Below are positions 1 through 12,322 of a stretch of DNA of 64,000 nucleotides, one piece after another (the first letter of the stretch is position 1; every line of letters starts with the position of its first letter). This stretch comes from Octopus bimaculoides. Its lineage: Eukaryota. The stretch is taken from NCBI RefSeq assembly GCF_001194135.2, contig NC_068981.1, positions 115,385,287 to 115,449,286 on the forward strand, given 5' to 3'. The notes beneath the pieces are model-generated. The model saw nothing but the letters and a program-made list of their open reading frames with translations. It searched no databases and was not told the origin of the DNA. The translations under genes and the position numbers were made by a program.

Positions 1-849
1 AAGTGGCTTTCCGTTTTCCTATGTGTTCGTTCCGTTGTCTGTAATTTATTGTTCCAACGTCCTGTACCCTGATATGCATGTATATACACATGTAGATGTG
101 AGTATGTACATATATGTGTGTATACATGTATATATATTCTTTGTATTATATATATATATATACATATGTGTGTGTGTGTGTGTGTGTATATATTGAACGC
201 TGTGAAGCAACGAACTGGAAGGAAGCGCGACGAAGTATCTTCGTATGCGTGCTTGGCGATAGCCAAGGAAGAAAGGAAATAGGGCTGGACACATGTGACC
301 AGCGAGGGGTAAGGAGAAAGAGTGGTAGAGGGAGAAAAAAGGGGAGGAAGTAGAAAATAGGTGAGCAACGAGAGACAGAGAGGAAGAGAGAGATATAGTA
401 GTGGCAGAAGGAAGAACGAGGGTGGGGAGAGAGATATAGTAGTAACAGAAGGAAGAACGAGATGGGGAAAAAGATACAAAGATAGATAGATTCGTGTCAG
501 AAAATATAAAGTTCAAAACTTACTTGCTGGGATGATGCGTGCGTTCGATCATGTAATACAAATAATAAATGAGTATATGCATATATACGTACATGTATGT
601 ACATACCTACATCTACCTGTATATATAGATGCATATCTGGGTACAGGACGTTGCAAACAAAACGTAACACAAAACATCCAGACAGTTAGGTGATACAAGA
701 AAGAGACAAAACATCCAGATAGACGATACAAAGAAAACACGGACAGGTCATTCGGAGTTTTCTTTCTTCAGTCGAGATCGAAATTATCCTTGCAATTTCG
801 GCTGGTTATTCTCGATATTGCTCCAATCTGGACAGCCCCATAAGTGTAT

Positions 850-1002
850 TTAAGTATATATATAAACAACCTCTCAACGACTCCTGCCGACCTTTTGTCT
901 CAATCAACACGCTACTCTTTATAAATCCATTCTACCATCTTCGGCTAGTCCATTCTACCATCCTCCAGGGGTGTAGGGGTGTAAATGACTCTCGCTACAA
1001 CA
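850..1002 (-). mobile_element. Start of the 3' LTR of the gypsy element (distal end uncertain, possibly as far as 552)
   Basis: Begins TG immediately after the PPT on the minus strand; no second LTR is present to confirm the boundary. Confidence 0.5.
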
Positions 1003-2430
1003 TCTCTCCCTTTGAGACTGACTTCCGTTGGAAGTTAATCTTATTATTTTCATTTATTTTTCTTTTATCACATCTCCGTTTTTAACATTTTCTTCCAAGA
1101 GGAGTTTAATATTTCTTCTGTTTATGCACTCCTTCCAATCGTTGTGTTTGTTTCCTCTTTCTTGTGCTGCTACGCCTAGGTTCACTTTCTTCTGACTTTG
1201 GAACATCAAAAGTGTCATAGAACACTTCCATGGGTATCTCTTTTCTTTTTTCTGTATATATATTTTTTAGCTGATTTAAATGTCTTTTGTGATCCAATTT
1301 TTCGCCTCTTATCATATATGTCACTTTGTACAATCTTTTTGTTACTGCTGCGTCTTCTCAATCTTGTTTTCCATTTATATATATTTTGAAAAACACCTTG
1401 TCACCGATATTAAAATGCTTTGTCGCATATTTAGTATTTTCGCTATTTGTTTTTGCTACTGGTAACAGCTTGTCGAAAACTGACTTTATTTTTCGAGCAA
1501 ACATTAATTTCGCCAGCGACTTGCCTGAGAAAGTATTTGGGTTTGGTGTTATCCTATAATCCCTTCAGAATTGTGTCAATGCTGCGTCACCGACTAGCTC
1601 ATTTCTTGATTTCTTTAATGCTCTTTTAAATGTATCCACGAACCCTTCTGCTTGCCCGTTTGAGCTTGTGAATTGTGTACCGCTATCGAGACTATGGTAT
1701 CCGAAACACCATATTTAGCAAAAAGTTCGTGTAGAAAGTATACTGTTACCGTAGATATCGGTTTTCTACATTTACACATATCTCGCCATTTTGTAAAGTT
1801 ATCTACCATAGTTAGATAATATGTTCGGTTCAACGGTCCTGCGAAGCCTATGTGAAATCTGAACCATGGAATATCGTTCCTGGGCCAAGGTTGAAATTTT
1901 ATAAGTGGTAATTTCGTTGTCAGAGCACAACCGCTGCAGGATTTTACCAATTACCAACTTCTCAATATCTAGATCCATTTTTGGCCTGTAAACATAACTT
2001 TGCATAAGCAACGTTATCCTATAAATTCCTGGATGTCCAGTGTGGAATTCCTTTACCATTCGACATTGTACTGAGGTAGGCATTACGACCCTCTGTGCCT
2101 ACATAAGCACAATATCACATATCGAATACAAATTCAACAGTATTACGTCCAGCCACACATATTTTTTTTATTTGTTTCTTTTGATCTCACTATTTTTTCA
2201 ATTTTTTGATAAACTCATCCGTCTCTGCCTTAATTTTATTTCCTCCAGTGTCACAGGCAATTCACGCACAACATTTTACAATATATTTTTTATTTCATTT
2301 TCGGCTTTTAATGCCGTTGTCACTGTGTCTTCTAGTGGTTCACTGTATTTTGGTTTTAACCTTAAGCGCCTGTAGAAAACAGCACTGCTTAGAACCGTTC
2401 AAATGCACCGGATGGTGGTCGAAAAATTAG
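1003..2430 (-). mobile_element. Decayed Ty3/gypsy LTR retrotransposon, pol 3' portion (connection, integrase)
   Basis: Frameshifted ORFs: KEFHTGHPGI..MQSYVYRPKMDLDIEKLV (integrase HHCC region), PWFRFHIGFAGP..YLTMVDNFTKW (core), HKRHLNQLK (C-terminus). On the minus strand a polypurine tract AAAGGGAGAGA (1013-1003) directly abuts TGTTGTAG. Confidence 0.88.
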
Positions 2431-2507
2431 GGGTGTTACCTTAGTTCACTGGTAGTGAACAGCTGACACCGTAGTACATCTTCAGCATTAGAAGCTTTGC
2501 AAAGACA

Positions 2508-2581
<74 letters not shown>

Positions 2582-4363
2582 ATAACCATGTGTTGAGAGG
2601 AATTCTTTGGGGATTGAATAATTCACCTCTGGAAACATGGGTGTTTTAATATCCTTAAACAATTTTTATTCAGGGTCCTTTTCAGCAGGATGGCTACTCA
2701 ACCTGATCAAAATTCTAACTGGGCCTCACCTGCAAGGTCATGTGGTGTTTATCTTGATATGAGATCACCATGTCGCGCACATACGGTTGTGATGCATGTA
2801 TGTGGTGTACCTTCTCATTTCGGCACAAGGTCAGCTATTTCGGAAAAGGCGGTTAGCTGGTTAAATTGGCCTCAGTACTTACTCAGTTCATTTTTTGTAT
2901 TGAGTTCAGAGAGATGAAAAGCGAAATTGGCCACGGCGGAATTTGAACGTAGATGGTAAAAATACTGCAAAGTATTTTGTCCAACACCCTCACGATTTTG
3001 TGAATATACCGTTTAATTATTTCTTTTATATATATATATGCAAGGAGGTAGGGAACTACTATGTTGGACCAATCAAGTAACCCCACTGATCCAGGATTAT
3101 GCTGACCGGGGCCCTCTGCTATGTTCTCCAGCCTACATGCACATGTCAGTAGAGTACTTCGGCGAAAGTACTCTACACCTTCATTGTCTTACAAAGACAT
3201 GAGTCATCGATATCGTACTGTCTTCGACATTGCCTTCTTTGTGTTTTGACCGCGTACTAGGTAATGTCGGCTCGAATGCTTTGGTCACAGGTCAGCTCTG
3301 ACTGAGTAGACCTACGATTCTATGATCAAAGTCAACCTGGAGTTAAATAGCAACAACAGCTCAAGAGTTTCTTACATGCCAAAATGCCACATATTTTGAG
3401 CAGAAAATAGCCGATTATTTTGAACACATTTAATTATATCCATTTTATCAATCCCGAAAGGATGAAAGGCGTTGTTGGGCATGATGGAATTTGAAATCAC
3501 AACGTTAAGCGTCGCAATTAAACACAGTAAGACATTTAATGCGGCAATGGGCCAATTCTGTGATCGATAACACGAAAAATAGTAACATCATGCTACAGAT
3601 GTGTGCGGTGAGAATTAGTGGATTGAATTAATCCAGTACTTCACTAGTAATTTATTTTATCGAGCCCGCAAGACAAGACAAGCTGATTTGTCTTTAGTGG
3701 GATGTGAACTCAGAACCTAAAGAAATAGGAAAAATATCACATGGCGCTTCTCCCACCTGCTAAAGATTCTGCTATTCATAATAATTTATTATAAGGTGCA
3801 ATACGAGCTTTATAAGAAAGGTTGTCATAGTAAATTAACTGAATCTTTATTATATTACTAATACCTGTTTTATCAAAGACAGGAAGCAATGAAAGACAAA
3901 CATTTTCTCGGTATCATTTTACTCAAAACTAGCACTTAATTTTACACAGTGAAAATCATCTAGTGTAAATCTACGATCAACATCACTATAACAACAACAA
4001 CAACAACACTAAGGTATAATATAATTTTTTATTCAACAGATGGTACGTTTAAACAACCATATCTTCACCTTGAACAAACACTACTGTATATACTTCACCT
4101 AATGTTTACCTCACTTTCTTCCATTCCATATGCTTTGCACATGTTCAGTCGATGTTATACTTAGACATGTATCTTGCACCTTTTAAGAAATGAAATGTTT
4201 TTACACCCAAGTTTAGATAAATCTACACGCAAATGCCGCTTCAGCGTATATTATACACACGTTATGATACAAGCACACACGCACAAAATATTCTTCAATA
4301 CATTCAAATTCTCTTCCACTCACACAGAATGTGCATGTATATGTGAGTGTTCGTGTGTCTGTT

Positions 4364-4413
<50 letters not shown>

Positions 4414-5001
4414 CGCGTGTATTTCTATATGAAAATGGAATGGAAAGTATTCAATACATAGAATTAATAATAACTATAAGTTGTATTTATTTTCATTGTT
4501 GGGTAGTGAAACTCGGAATATACTTCAGAGAAAATCTCAATTTTATTCTTTGACAAACATGCACGCACGCACGCACTCTCACTCACTCACTAATTTATTT
4601 ATATATATGTACTTACATACAGGNNNNNNNNNNNNNNNNNNNNNNNNNNNNNNNNNNNNNNNNNNNNNNNNNNNNNNNNNNNNNNNNNNNNNNNNNNNNN
4701 NNNNNNNNNNNNNNNNNNNNNNNNNNNNNNNNNNNNNNNNNNNNNNNNNNNNNNNNNNNNNNNNNNNNNNNNNNNNNNNNNNNNNNNNNNNNNNNNNNNN
4801 NNNNNNNNNNNNNNNNNNNNNNNNNNNNNNNNNNNNNNNNNNNNNNNNNNNNNNNNNNNNNNNNNNNNNNNNNNNNNNNNNNNNNNNNNNNNNNNNNNNN
4901 NNNNNNNNNNNNNNNNNNNNNNNNNNNNNNNNNNNNNNNNNNNNNNNNNNNNNNNNNNNNNNNNNNNNNNNNNNNNNNNNNNNNNNNNNNNNNNNNNNNN
5001 N

Positions 5002-5108
5002 GAGCCACGTGGAGCTTGAGGTGTTTTCGCTCAATAAACACTCACAACGCCCGGTCTGGGAATCGAAACCGCGAGTCCGCTGCCCTAGCCACTGGTCCAT
5101 TGCCCCGC
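5002..5108 (-). mobile_element. tRNA-derived SINE head (family C)
   Basis: Minus strand reads TGGACCAGTGG (A-box-like) ... GGTTTCGATTCC (B-box-like); truncated by an N gap. Confidence 0.6.
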
Positions 5109-5156
5109 CACACGCACACACACACAAACACACACACACACACACACGCGCGCACA

Positions 5157-5953
5157 TATTGGGTTATCCCATGAATAATGCGGTGTTTTCAATTGTATGA
5201 GCTAAAAGTCGGAGGGGATAAGATAAGCTACCTGCATCAAACTGCTATAAAAGCAGGTAGTAATTTTACCTTGTCCTCATTCTTAGTGCAAGTTTTGAAG
5301 GGTGCAGTTCGATTTTAGCAGTTATTTTTTCAAAGCTATAATGGAAGTAACAAAGGAGAATATTTGGCATATTTTGCTTTATCAGTTCAATGAAAGCAAC
5401 AACGCAACGGAAAGTGCAGTATATGGGGATTGGATATTAAGCATAAGCCAGTGTCAACGGTGGTTCCAAAACTTCCGAGCCGGAAACTGCTGTCCAGAAG
5501 AGCTCAACAAGGGTGGCCTGCTAACCCTGGAAGAACAAAATCCCATCGTAACAGTTGAGGAACTAGAAGAGAAGCTTGAATTTGGTCATTCAACCATCCA
5601 TTGACACCTGCGTGCAATCGGAAGAGTCAGCAAATTGGGTCAATGGGTTCCTCACAAACTTTCCGTGTCTAATCGCGCGCAGAGAGTGAATGTGTGCTCT
5701 TCTTTGCTGTCACTTTTCACGAATGAACATTTTTTGGCCCGAAACACCGACAACCCAGGCTAAAGAAGGTCTTCACCCATGTAAGATGTTGTTATTTGTT
5801 TAGTGAGATACGAAAGGTTTAGTCCACTTTGAACTTTTAAACGCAAGCGAAACGATAACAAAGGTGATCTACTGCGAGCAGCTTGAGCGGCTTAAGTCAG
5901 CTCTAGAAGAAAAACGACCATCTTTGCTTTCAACACGAATGGCAACCGAATAA
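5157..5953 (+). mobile_element. Decayed, internally deleted mariner transposon
   Basis: TA followed by TTGGGTTATCCCATGAATAATG (TIR-like). ORF MEVTKENIWHILLYQF...QCQRWFQNFRAG is a Mos1-type HTH. WVPHKL is encoded at ~5644. A downstream frame encodes LHPCK.ML..KGLVHFELL..YCEQLERL..EKRP. Confidence 0.85.
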
Positions 5954-6039
5954 TTGTCTTATATTACAGATAAAGTCTTCTATTAACATAATATCGGAGT
6001 CTCATTCATTCTTTTGTTGCCATACTATTACTATTAATA

Positions 6040-6450
6040 TATATATAGAGATGTATTATGTATATATATGCATATATATAGATCTATATGTATATATATG
6101 TATGTGTGTATATTTATATGTATATATATGTGTATATATATATATATGTATATATATGTATATATATATATATGTATATCTATATGTATATATATATATA
6201 TGTATATATGTATATATAAATATATATGTATATGTACATATATATATATGCATATATATATATGTATATATACATATATATATGTATATGTTTATATATA
6301 CATGTATATATATGTATACATATATGTATACATATATGTAAATATATATACATATGTATATACATGTATATATATATATATTTATATATTTATATATATG
6401 TCTATGTATATATGTATATATATGTATATATATATATATATATATTATGA
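6040..6450. repeat. Long interrupted (TA)n/(TATG)n microsatellite
   Basis: Directly visible; source of several spurious Y/I/M/C-rich ORFs. Confidence 0.95.
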
Positions 6451-6512
6451 TTGACCGTTGACTGAACACTATTCAATTTTTTTTCTCCGTGTTTTTCTCC
6501 TTGTCTCCGTAT

Positions 6513-6549
6513 TCTTTCTGTTGAAGAGCGTAGCTCGAAACGTCAAAGA
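6513..6549 (+). ncRNA. Minimal type-I hammerhead-ribozyme-like motif (variant core) in a short dispersed repeat
   Basis: UCUUU-CUGUUGA-A-GAGC(GUA)GCUC-GAA-ACGU-C-AAAGA: helix I UCUUU/AAAGA, helix II GAGC/GCUC, palindromic ACGU helix III, GUC triplet. A6 is replaced by U. Confidence 0.55.
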
Positions 6550-6949
6550 CTTTCCGTATTCCCGAGCGTCATACTAATATATACTTTTGTTATTTACACC
6601 ACCTGTCCTCGTCTGTTGTTATTATTTNNNNNNNNNNNNNNNNNNNNNNNNNNNNNNNNNNNNNNNNNNNNNNNNNNNNNNNNNNNNNNNNNNNNNNNNN
6701 NNNNNNNNNNNNNNNNNNNNNNNNNNNNNNNNNNNNNNNNNNNNNNNNNNNNNNNNNNNNNNNNNNNNNNNNNNNNNNNNNNNNNNNNNNNNNNNNNNNN
6801 NNNNNNNNNNNNNNNNNNNNNNNNNNNNNNNNNNNNNNNNNNNNNNNNNNNNNNNNNNNNNNNNNNNNNNNNNNNNNNNNNNNNNNNNNNNNNNNNNNNN
6901 NNNNNNTACATATATATATGTATGTAAATATATGTATATCTGTGTGTGT

Positions 6950-7120
6950 GCGTGTGTGTCTCTCTTTGTGACCTCTCCATCACTTGATAACCGATGTTGC
7001 TATGTTTACGTACCCGTGACGTGGCCGTTTGGCAAAACACACCGATAAATAAGTACTAGGCTTATAAAGAATAAATCCTGGCCGCAGTCACATGACCGCA
7101 ACAGGTGAAACAATAAAAAA
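6950..7120 (+). mobile_element. SINE family A, 3' half
   Basis: Reverse complement of the segment seen at 30270, 46437 and 63130. Confidence 0.65.
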
Positions 7121-7164
7121 ACTGCCATGTTAATGCCGAGCAACGCCGGGTATCTCTGTTGGTC

Positions 7165-7198
<34 letters not shown>

Positions 7199-8155
7199 CG
7201 TGAAAGAGTTAGGGGTTGGGGGTTATATATATATTTATTTATTTATTTACGTCATTTGTGCTATTGAGAAATAAATGGATGTTACACAATTTCAATCGTA
7301 TCAATCTTCATCTACTGATATTGTGAAAGGTGTAAATATAATATACTCTCATTCTTCTGCCTTGTAAATCTAAAACATATGTCTTATATCTGAACGGCCG
7401 ACGCTTCATATAAGTCCGAATAGCTTTACATACCCAACATATATTATTTCACATGGTTTGTATTGCTATGCATAATTGACCTTGCTTATTCTTTTTCTTT
7501 TTTCCAAAGCAACACCAAGCCAGTGGGGAAACCACAGAGTGATCGGTTACTTGCTAGAAATAGCAAATAATCTTAACCCTGACTACTGAAAAAGGTCAAG
7601 CTTTCTATAAGTTTGCATAATCAGAGGTGAATTAAAGTTATACAACAGATAACATAATTCTAATAAGATATACTCACCTAAATAAGAGAGTCTGGTTCAG
7701 GGGAATTAGGCCCGAGAAATTGTATAACAATTGCTTTAAATTAAAAAAACAAACAAGCATATTCTTGTGATCTGATACTGATTCCCCGTTTTATACATTT
7801 GTTTTTAGGAAATATCACCAAACGCTGTATGAAAATCATATGATCATGCATTTTTCATCCATCCACCAAATATCACATGATGGATATCTATGGTGTGTGT
7901 CTCATGAGGGGGATTAACTGATCATTATTGTTAGAGAAGAATATTCCGTTTTTTTTTTTCACGTAACATTTTAAATCAACGCAGTTAACTATCGTTACAC
8001 CCTTCAACCTGACAGCGTTGTAAGCAGCAAGAATCAGACTAAATACCTCAAGACAGCTCAACGAATCTGTCGACCATCTCAGACTGGTTCTTTATCAAAT
8101 CAGAAAGAGTGAAAGACAAATTTGAAGTAGTCTGTTGCATACAATATACGCAAAT

Positions 8156-8200
8156 ATGTGGATTGCGCGATTGTCTATTTCGCTGTGTATCTATTTATGT
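8156..8200 (+). CDS. ADAMTS: ADAMTS-family metalloprotease, putative first coding exon (MWIARLSISLCIYLC; first part of signal peptide)
   Basis: ATG at 8156, 15 open codons, then a GTATGT donor at 8201 in phase 0. This matches the phase-0 acceptor at 8671/8672, and the joined peptide is one continuous hydrophobic signal-like segment. No in-frame ATG was found in the ~60 nt upstream of 8672 that were checked. Confidence 0.55.
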
Positions 8201-8671
8201 GTATGTAAACAGCTACATATATAAACACATATATATGTGAGCCAATGCACACATCTTTCTATCTATTTGTTACTCTATCATTTTATATTCACATTGTTAC
8301 TCTCTCTTTATCCCTCTTTTTAGTATTGATATTTAAGCGGGATTTGAACTCAGAATGCAAAAATTCGGAATAATTACCGAAATAATTTCATTCAATGCTT
8401 AAGCGACTCAATCAACTCACTTTTGTAAGCATTCAGACCGGTTTACCTCTGCAGTTCTCTCCCTATTCCCGAAGTCATTGACCTGCAGATGTTCAGATTG
8501 GACAGGAGGTGTCCATAAATATATCAGGCGTTGTCACTCCATTTTTAACTTGTATATAACCTACCTGTATCAATAATAGAAATAAAACAAAAAACAAAAA
8601 AAATATATATTAATGAAAATGAATTTAAAATAACAAAATATATTCAAATATTTCTTTTCATCAACTTTCAG

Positions 8672-8747
8672 ATTTTACTGATATGGCTGATTGGACTATT
8701 GACGGTATTACATGCTTATGGCATTCCTGGAACTGATCATGTACAAG
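8672..8747 (+). CDS. ADAMTS: ADAMTS-family metalloprotease, coding exon 2 (ILLIWLIGLLTVLHAYGIPGTDHVQ + first base of D)
   Basis: Pyrimidine-rich acceptor tttcttttcatcaactttcag ends at 8671. The exon encodes a hydrophobic core and a plausible cleavage region (LHA-YG). The CAAG|GTAAAT donor is phase 1; G plus AT from exon 3 forms Asp. Confidence 0.75.
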
Positions 8748-9406
8748 GTAAATTGTCGTATTCTTTCGAAAGTTCTGACTGCTCTTGTGAGAGATATAAC
8801 AGTTTCTGATACAAATTTTACACGTCATTCGTGTGACATGTACTGGAGAGGGTAATTAGTAGATTTTAGTCTTTTTTATACACCATTATGGTACCTGCAT
8901 TAGTTTCGTTATGCTCAAGTTCTCTGGCTTTACGTTGAGTTTTAGCTGTTGGAGTAGGTCATCAAACCACAACATCTAGATACCAGCATTCTAATCAGAC
9001 ACGAAAGCAAATTAAATCTAAACACTTAATTTCGATACAGCATAATATTCTTACGAAGAAATTTTTCCTCTAATTATTGGAAATTTTAAAATGAACTAAT
9101 GCTCACGATCCAAGGGATGCTATCTTATGTTTAAAAATACCGCGCTACTACTTCTTCCAAGCGAAGCGAATATATACTCTCATATAATTTCATTTTACCA
9201 GTAGCCATTTGTCAACAAATCTGGCAATTACCGCATGTTTCATTAAACTTGGCCCACAATCTTCTTTACTGAAGTGTTTTGTTGCAAATAAATAACTATA
9301 TAACAATATTAATAATTCTCAAATGTATTAAGTGATTTAATTTGCTAAACCTATCAACAAACGAAAGATTACACTATATATTATATTTTGATCAGAGTTA
9401 ACCTAC

Positions 9407-9447
<41 letters not shown>

Positions 9448-10027
9448 AAAATGTAACGACATAAGCATTCTTGATGCTTATATTCTTCTTACAACAAGGC
9501 CAGAGTCACAACTCGCATCTCTTCAGTGAATTGTGGTCTTTTCTGAGTAGACCAAAATCATAACATCCGGATGCATTCTTTGAACAACATAGACATCACC
9601 ATAAGTGTGTGAGTATGGGTAGTGGCGTGTATTTGTATGTGCGTATGTATGTAGCATCATGCTGTATATATGCAGATGAAAAATGACGGTGATTAGTTTT
9701 TTACGAATAGTCTTCAAATCCGTTCTTTGTGTTTTATTGAGTTTTAATTGTGTCAATTTTAATCTGCATAGTCTTAGTTCGTAAGAATATCAAGAATAGT
9801 AATCTAATCAAATTAATTTGATGTAACTTCAAACCAGAAACTACCAATGTGTTACGGTATGTCTCGCGTTCAAATCTGGATCTTAGTTTTGATAAGTGGC
9901 TGTTTATAATGGCTGATACTCAACAATCTGTCTCATCCGGGTACCGCCATCAGTGAAGTTTTCACTGACTGCATGCGAATATGCGTGTGTGAGCATATAT
10001 ATCCACACTTATAAATGCAAGCATACG

Positions 10028-10115
<88 letters not shown>

Positions 10116-11099
10116 CATATCAGATATATATGCATTGATGCGTATAAACTTATCTACATAAATATTGTTTGCGCAAATTGATCGCACACGCACATGTGTG
10201 TATAGAGATTTTGTGTGTGTGTGTGTGTGTGAACTCGCATATACAGGCTGTAGACTGAAATCAATTTTGGCACAAAAGTACATTTTTTTGTTTAGAGTGG
10301 GGAGACGACTGGAAATATCTATTTAACATTTGTGCCTAATACGATTTCAAGCCACAGAGAAAAAAAAGTTAAGAAACTAAAGAACATGTTTCGAATGAAG
10401 AACACAACTTTTTGGGGGTCTTTTCATCTTTTTTTCTTTTCGATGATCTTTTACAACTTTCTTTTTTTTTATCTATCCTTTTTTTTCTTTTTTCAATTTG
10501 GCCCATCAAAAGCTTACTGAATGAAAGGAATAGCTCACATAATTATTATTCTCTGTCTTTGTGTGTATATGCGTGCATGCGTATATCGGCACATAAACAA
10601 ATACACGCATATATTGTGCATCTGTTTTTCTCCCTATCTATATTTCTACTCCAATGCACCGAACTTTCTCATCAACGGCTCTTTCATCAACGTCCTCTGT
10701 TACATATACTTTTTCTCTTTCTCCTCTTTTGTTTTTTTTACTACTCACAAGCTCTTGATCTCTTCGGTTCAAAAAGTTGTCTTCTTTTATCCTTATTCAT
10801 AAAAGTATTCGGGAAGCCATTGTATCAACCTCAGTGCATGCATTTTGTTTACTTTAGCAAGATTTCCTACAAGTCGTAAATCCATCGAGACCTCAGTTAA
10901 TACTGCAGAAATGTATTTTGGAAAAAAAACGAGAGAAAGTACTGGAAGTCTAGGGTATCGTTTAGGGTACAGGCCATCACTATAAGGATTTTATGTTCAA
11001 ATTCTTCATAAATAAATTTGACTTTTATTTCTCCTGGCTTGGAAAAAGTAAAAGAATTTTGTAGTGGTAACTAATGAAGAAGGAACTGGACTCCAACTC

Positions 11100-11300
11100 C
11101 ATCAGTAGAATTTAGCACACCGAGGAAAATGCTTTTTATCCGTGTTTGCGTTCTGAATTCAAATTCCGCCGAGGTCGACTTTGCTTTTCATCTTTTCGAG
11201 GTTGATAAAATAAGTTCCAGTTGAGTACTGGGGTCGACGTCATTTACTTATCTCCTTCCTCCGAAATTGCTGGCCATGTGCCAAAATGTGAAATCAATAT
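11100..11300 (+). mobile_element. tRNA-derived SINE family B
   Basis: B-box-like ATTCAAATTCC followed by gccgaggtcgactttg...gttgagtactggggtcga...tgtgccaaaatgtgaaa; same family as 17876, 49240 and 57548. Confidence 0.75.
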
Positions 11301-11778
11301 TGGTGAAGAGTTACATGTTGAAATGTTTAAAAGTCTTGCTTATAGACTGTTCAGCTTATGAACTGGATTTGAACATTTTCTCTCACTTCCTTTGCCTGGA
11401 AACTCCCGTTTTCGAGAATACCACTTAAAACATTTGCTAACATGACCAAGTCAATCAGTGACCGTTAATGTTAATATGGATTTATAATCTGGTTTAAGTC
11501 TTTCGGTTTCAAAGCATTTATTCATAAATATTTTCTCGTTGAGATGAGTATTGTTAATAAGATCATGACCGCAGCACTATCCCAATAAGACTTCTCATAC
11601 CACTAACACAACCACCACTGTCATCATCATCATCATCATCATTTGGAGCCAAGTATACTAGGACTTTTTAGATTTAAACTTCAGAAAAGCCAATCTTGTA
11701 GCCACCCACTTCAACTCAATTATCTGCATGTTGGTTTGTATCTGCAGGTGTTCATGACATATGCGCGCGTATGTGTAT

Positions 11779-12265
11779 ACTAGCTGACGTACCCGGTAAT
11801 TCCCAGGAAAGCGGGGCTTATCCCTTAGTTCCGTTCTCATAACTGTTTCGCTAATCCAGTAATAACAATACAAAATATGTAGCCCTTAAAACGGTTTTTG
11901 TGCATTTATTGAGGATACCGAACTGTCTTACACAGGATCTTGTTTTTAAAAATTCTCAATAAGTTATGAATACCCAAATTGTGAAGTCAGTTATGTAATA
12001 AATATGAAATCAATTACCCGATAGTAAGAGTTCAAATAAAGTAGCCCCGAAAAGGGATTTAATACGTTCCCAGAGTATATAGAACTTAGGAGGAAATACA
12101 AATAATGTATGTATACTAAAATCGTGAAGCATGTTACGTAATAACAGGCTAATCAGGCTAATCACGTATCAAGTTTCATCAAAATCGAGAAACCGATGTA
12201 GGAGGAGTTAGATAACAACGCCACAAACAAAAACACCCACAGATTTCCACATATGTAGTGGATAT
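11779..12265 (+). mobile_element. Non-autonomous Helitron/Helentron-like element
   Basis: Starts ACTAGCTGACGTACCCGG and ends ...gatttccacatatgtagtggat, termini resembling insect and other invertebrate HINE/Lep1-type elements; no coding sequence. Confidence 0.45.
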
Positions 12266-12272
12266 ACATTAA

Positions 12273-12322
<50 letters not shown>

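Noticed and set aside
725-790. Minus-strand CTGAAGA..CTCCGAATGAC, considered as a hammerhead
   Set aside because: GAAU instead of GAAA, marginal helix II and no helix I partner.
3149-3176. Perfect 11-bp hairpin GTAGAGTACTT-CGGCGA-AAGTACTCTAC, considered as part of an HDV-like ribozyme
   Set aside because: A possible P1 (GCUGAC/GUCAGU) exists, but no P3/L3, P1.1 or P2 of correct size could be built; the hairpin lies in repeat-like sequence.
7900-8155. Core promoter or TSS for the ADAMTS gene
   Set aside because: Only weak Inr-like matches; cannot be supported from sequence alone.
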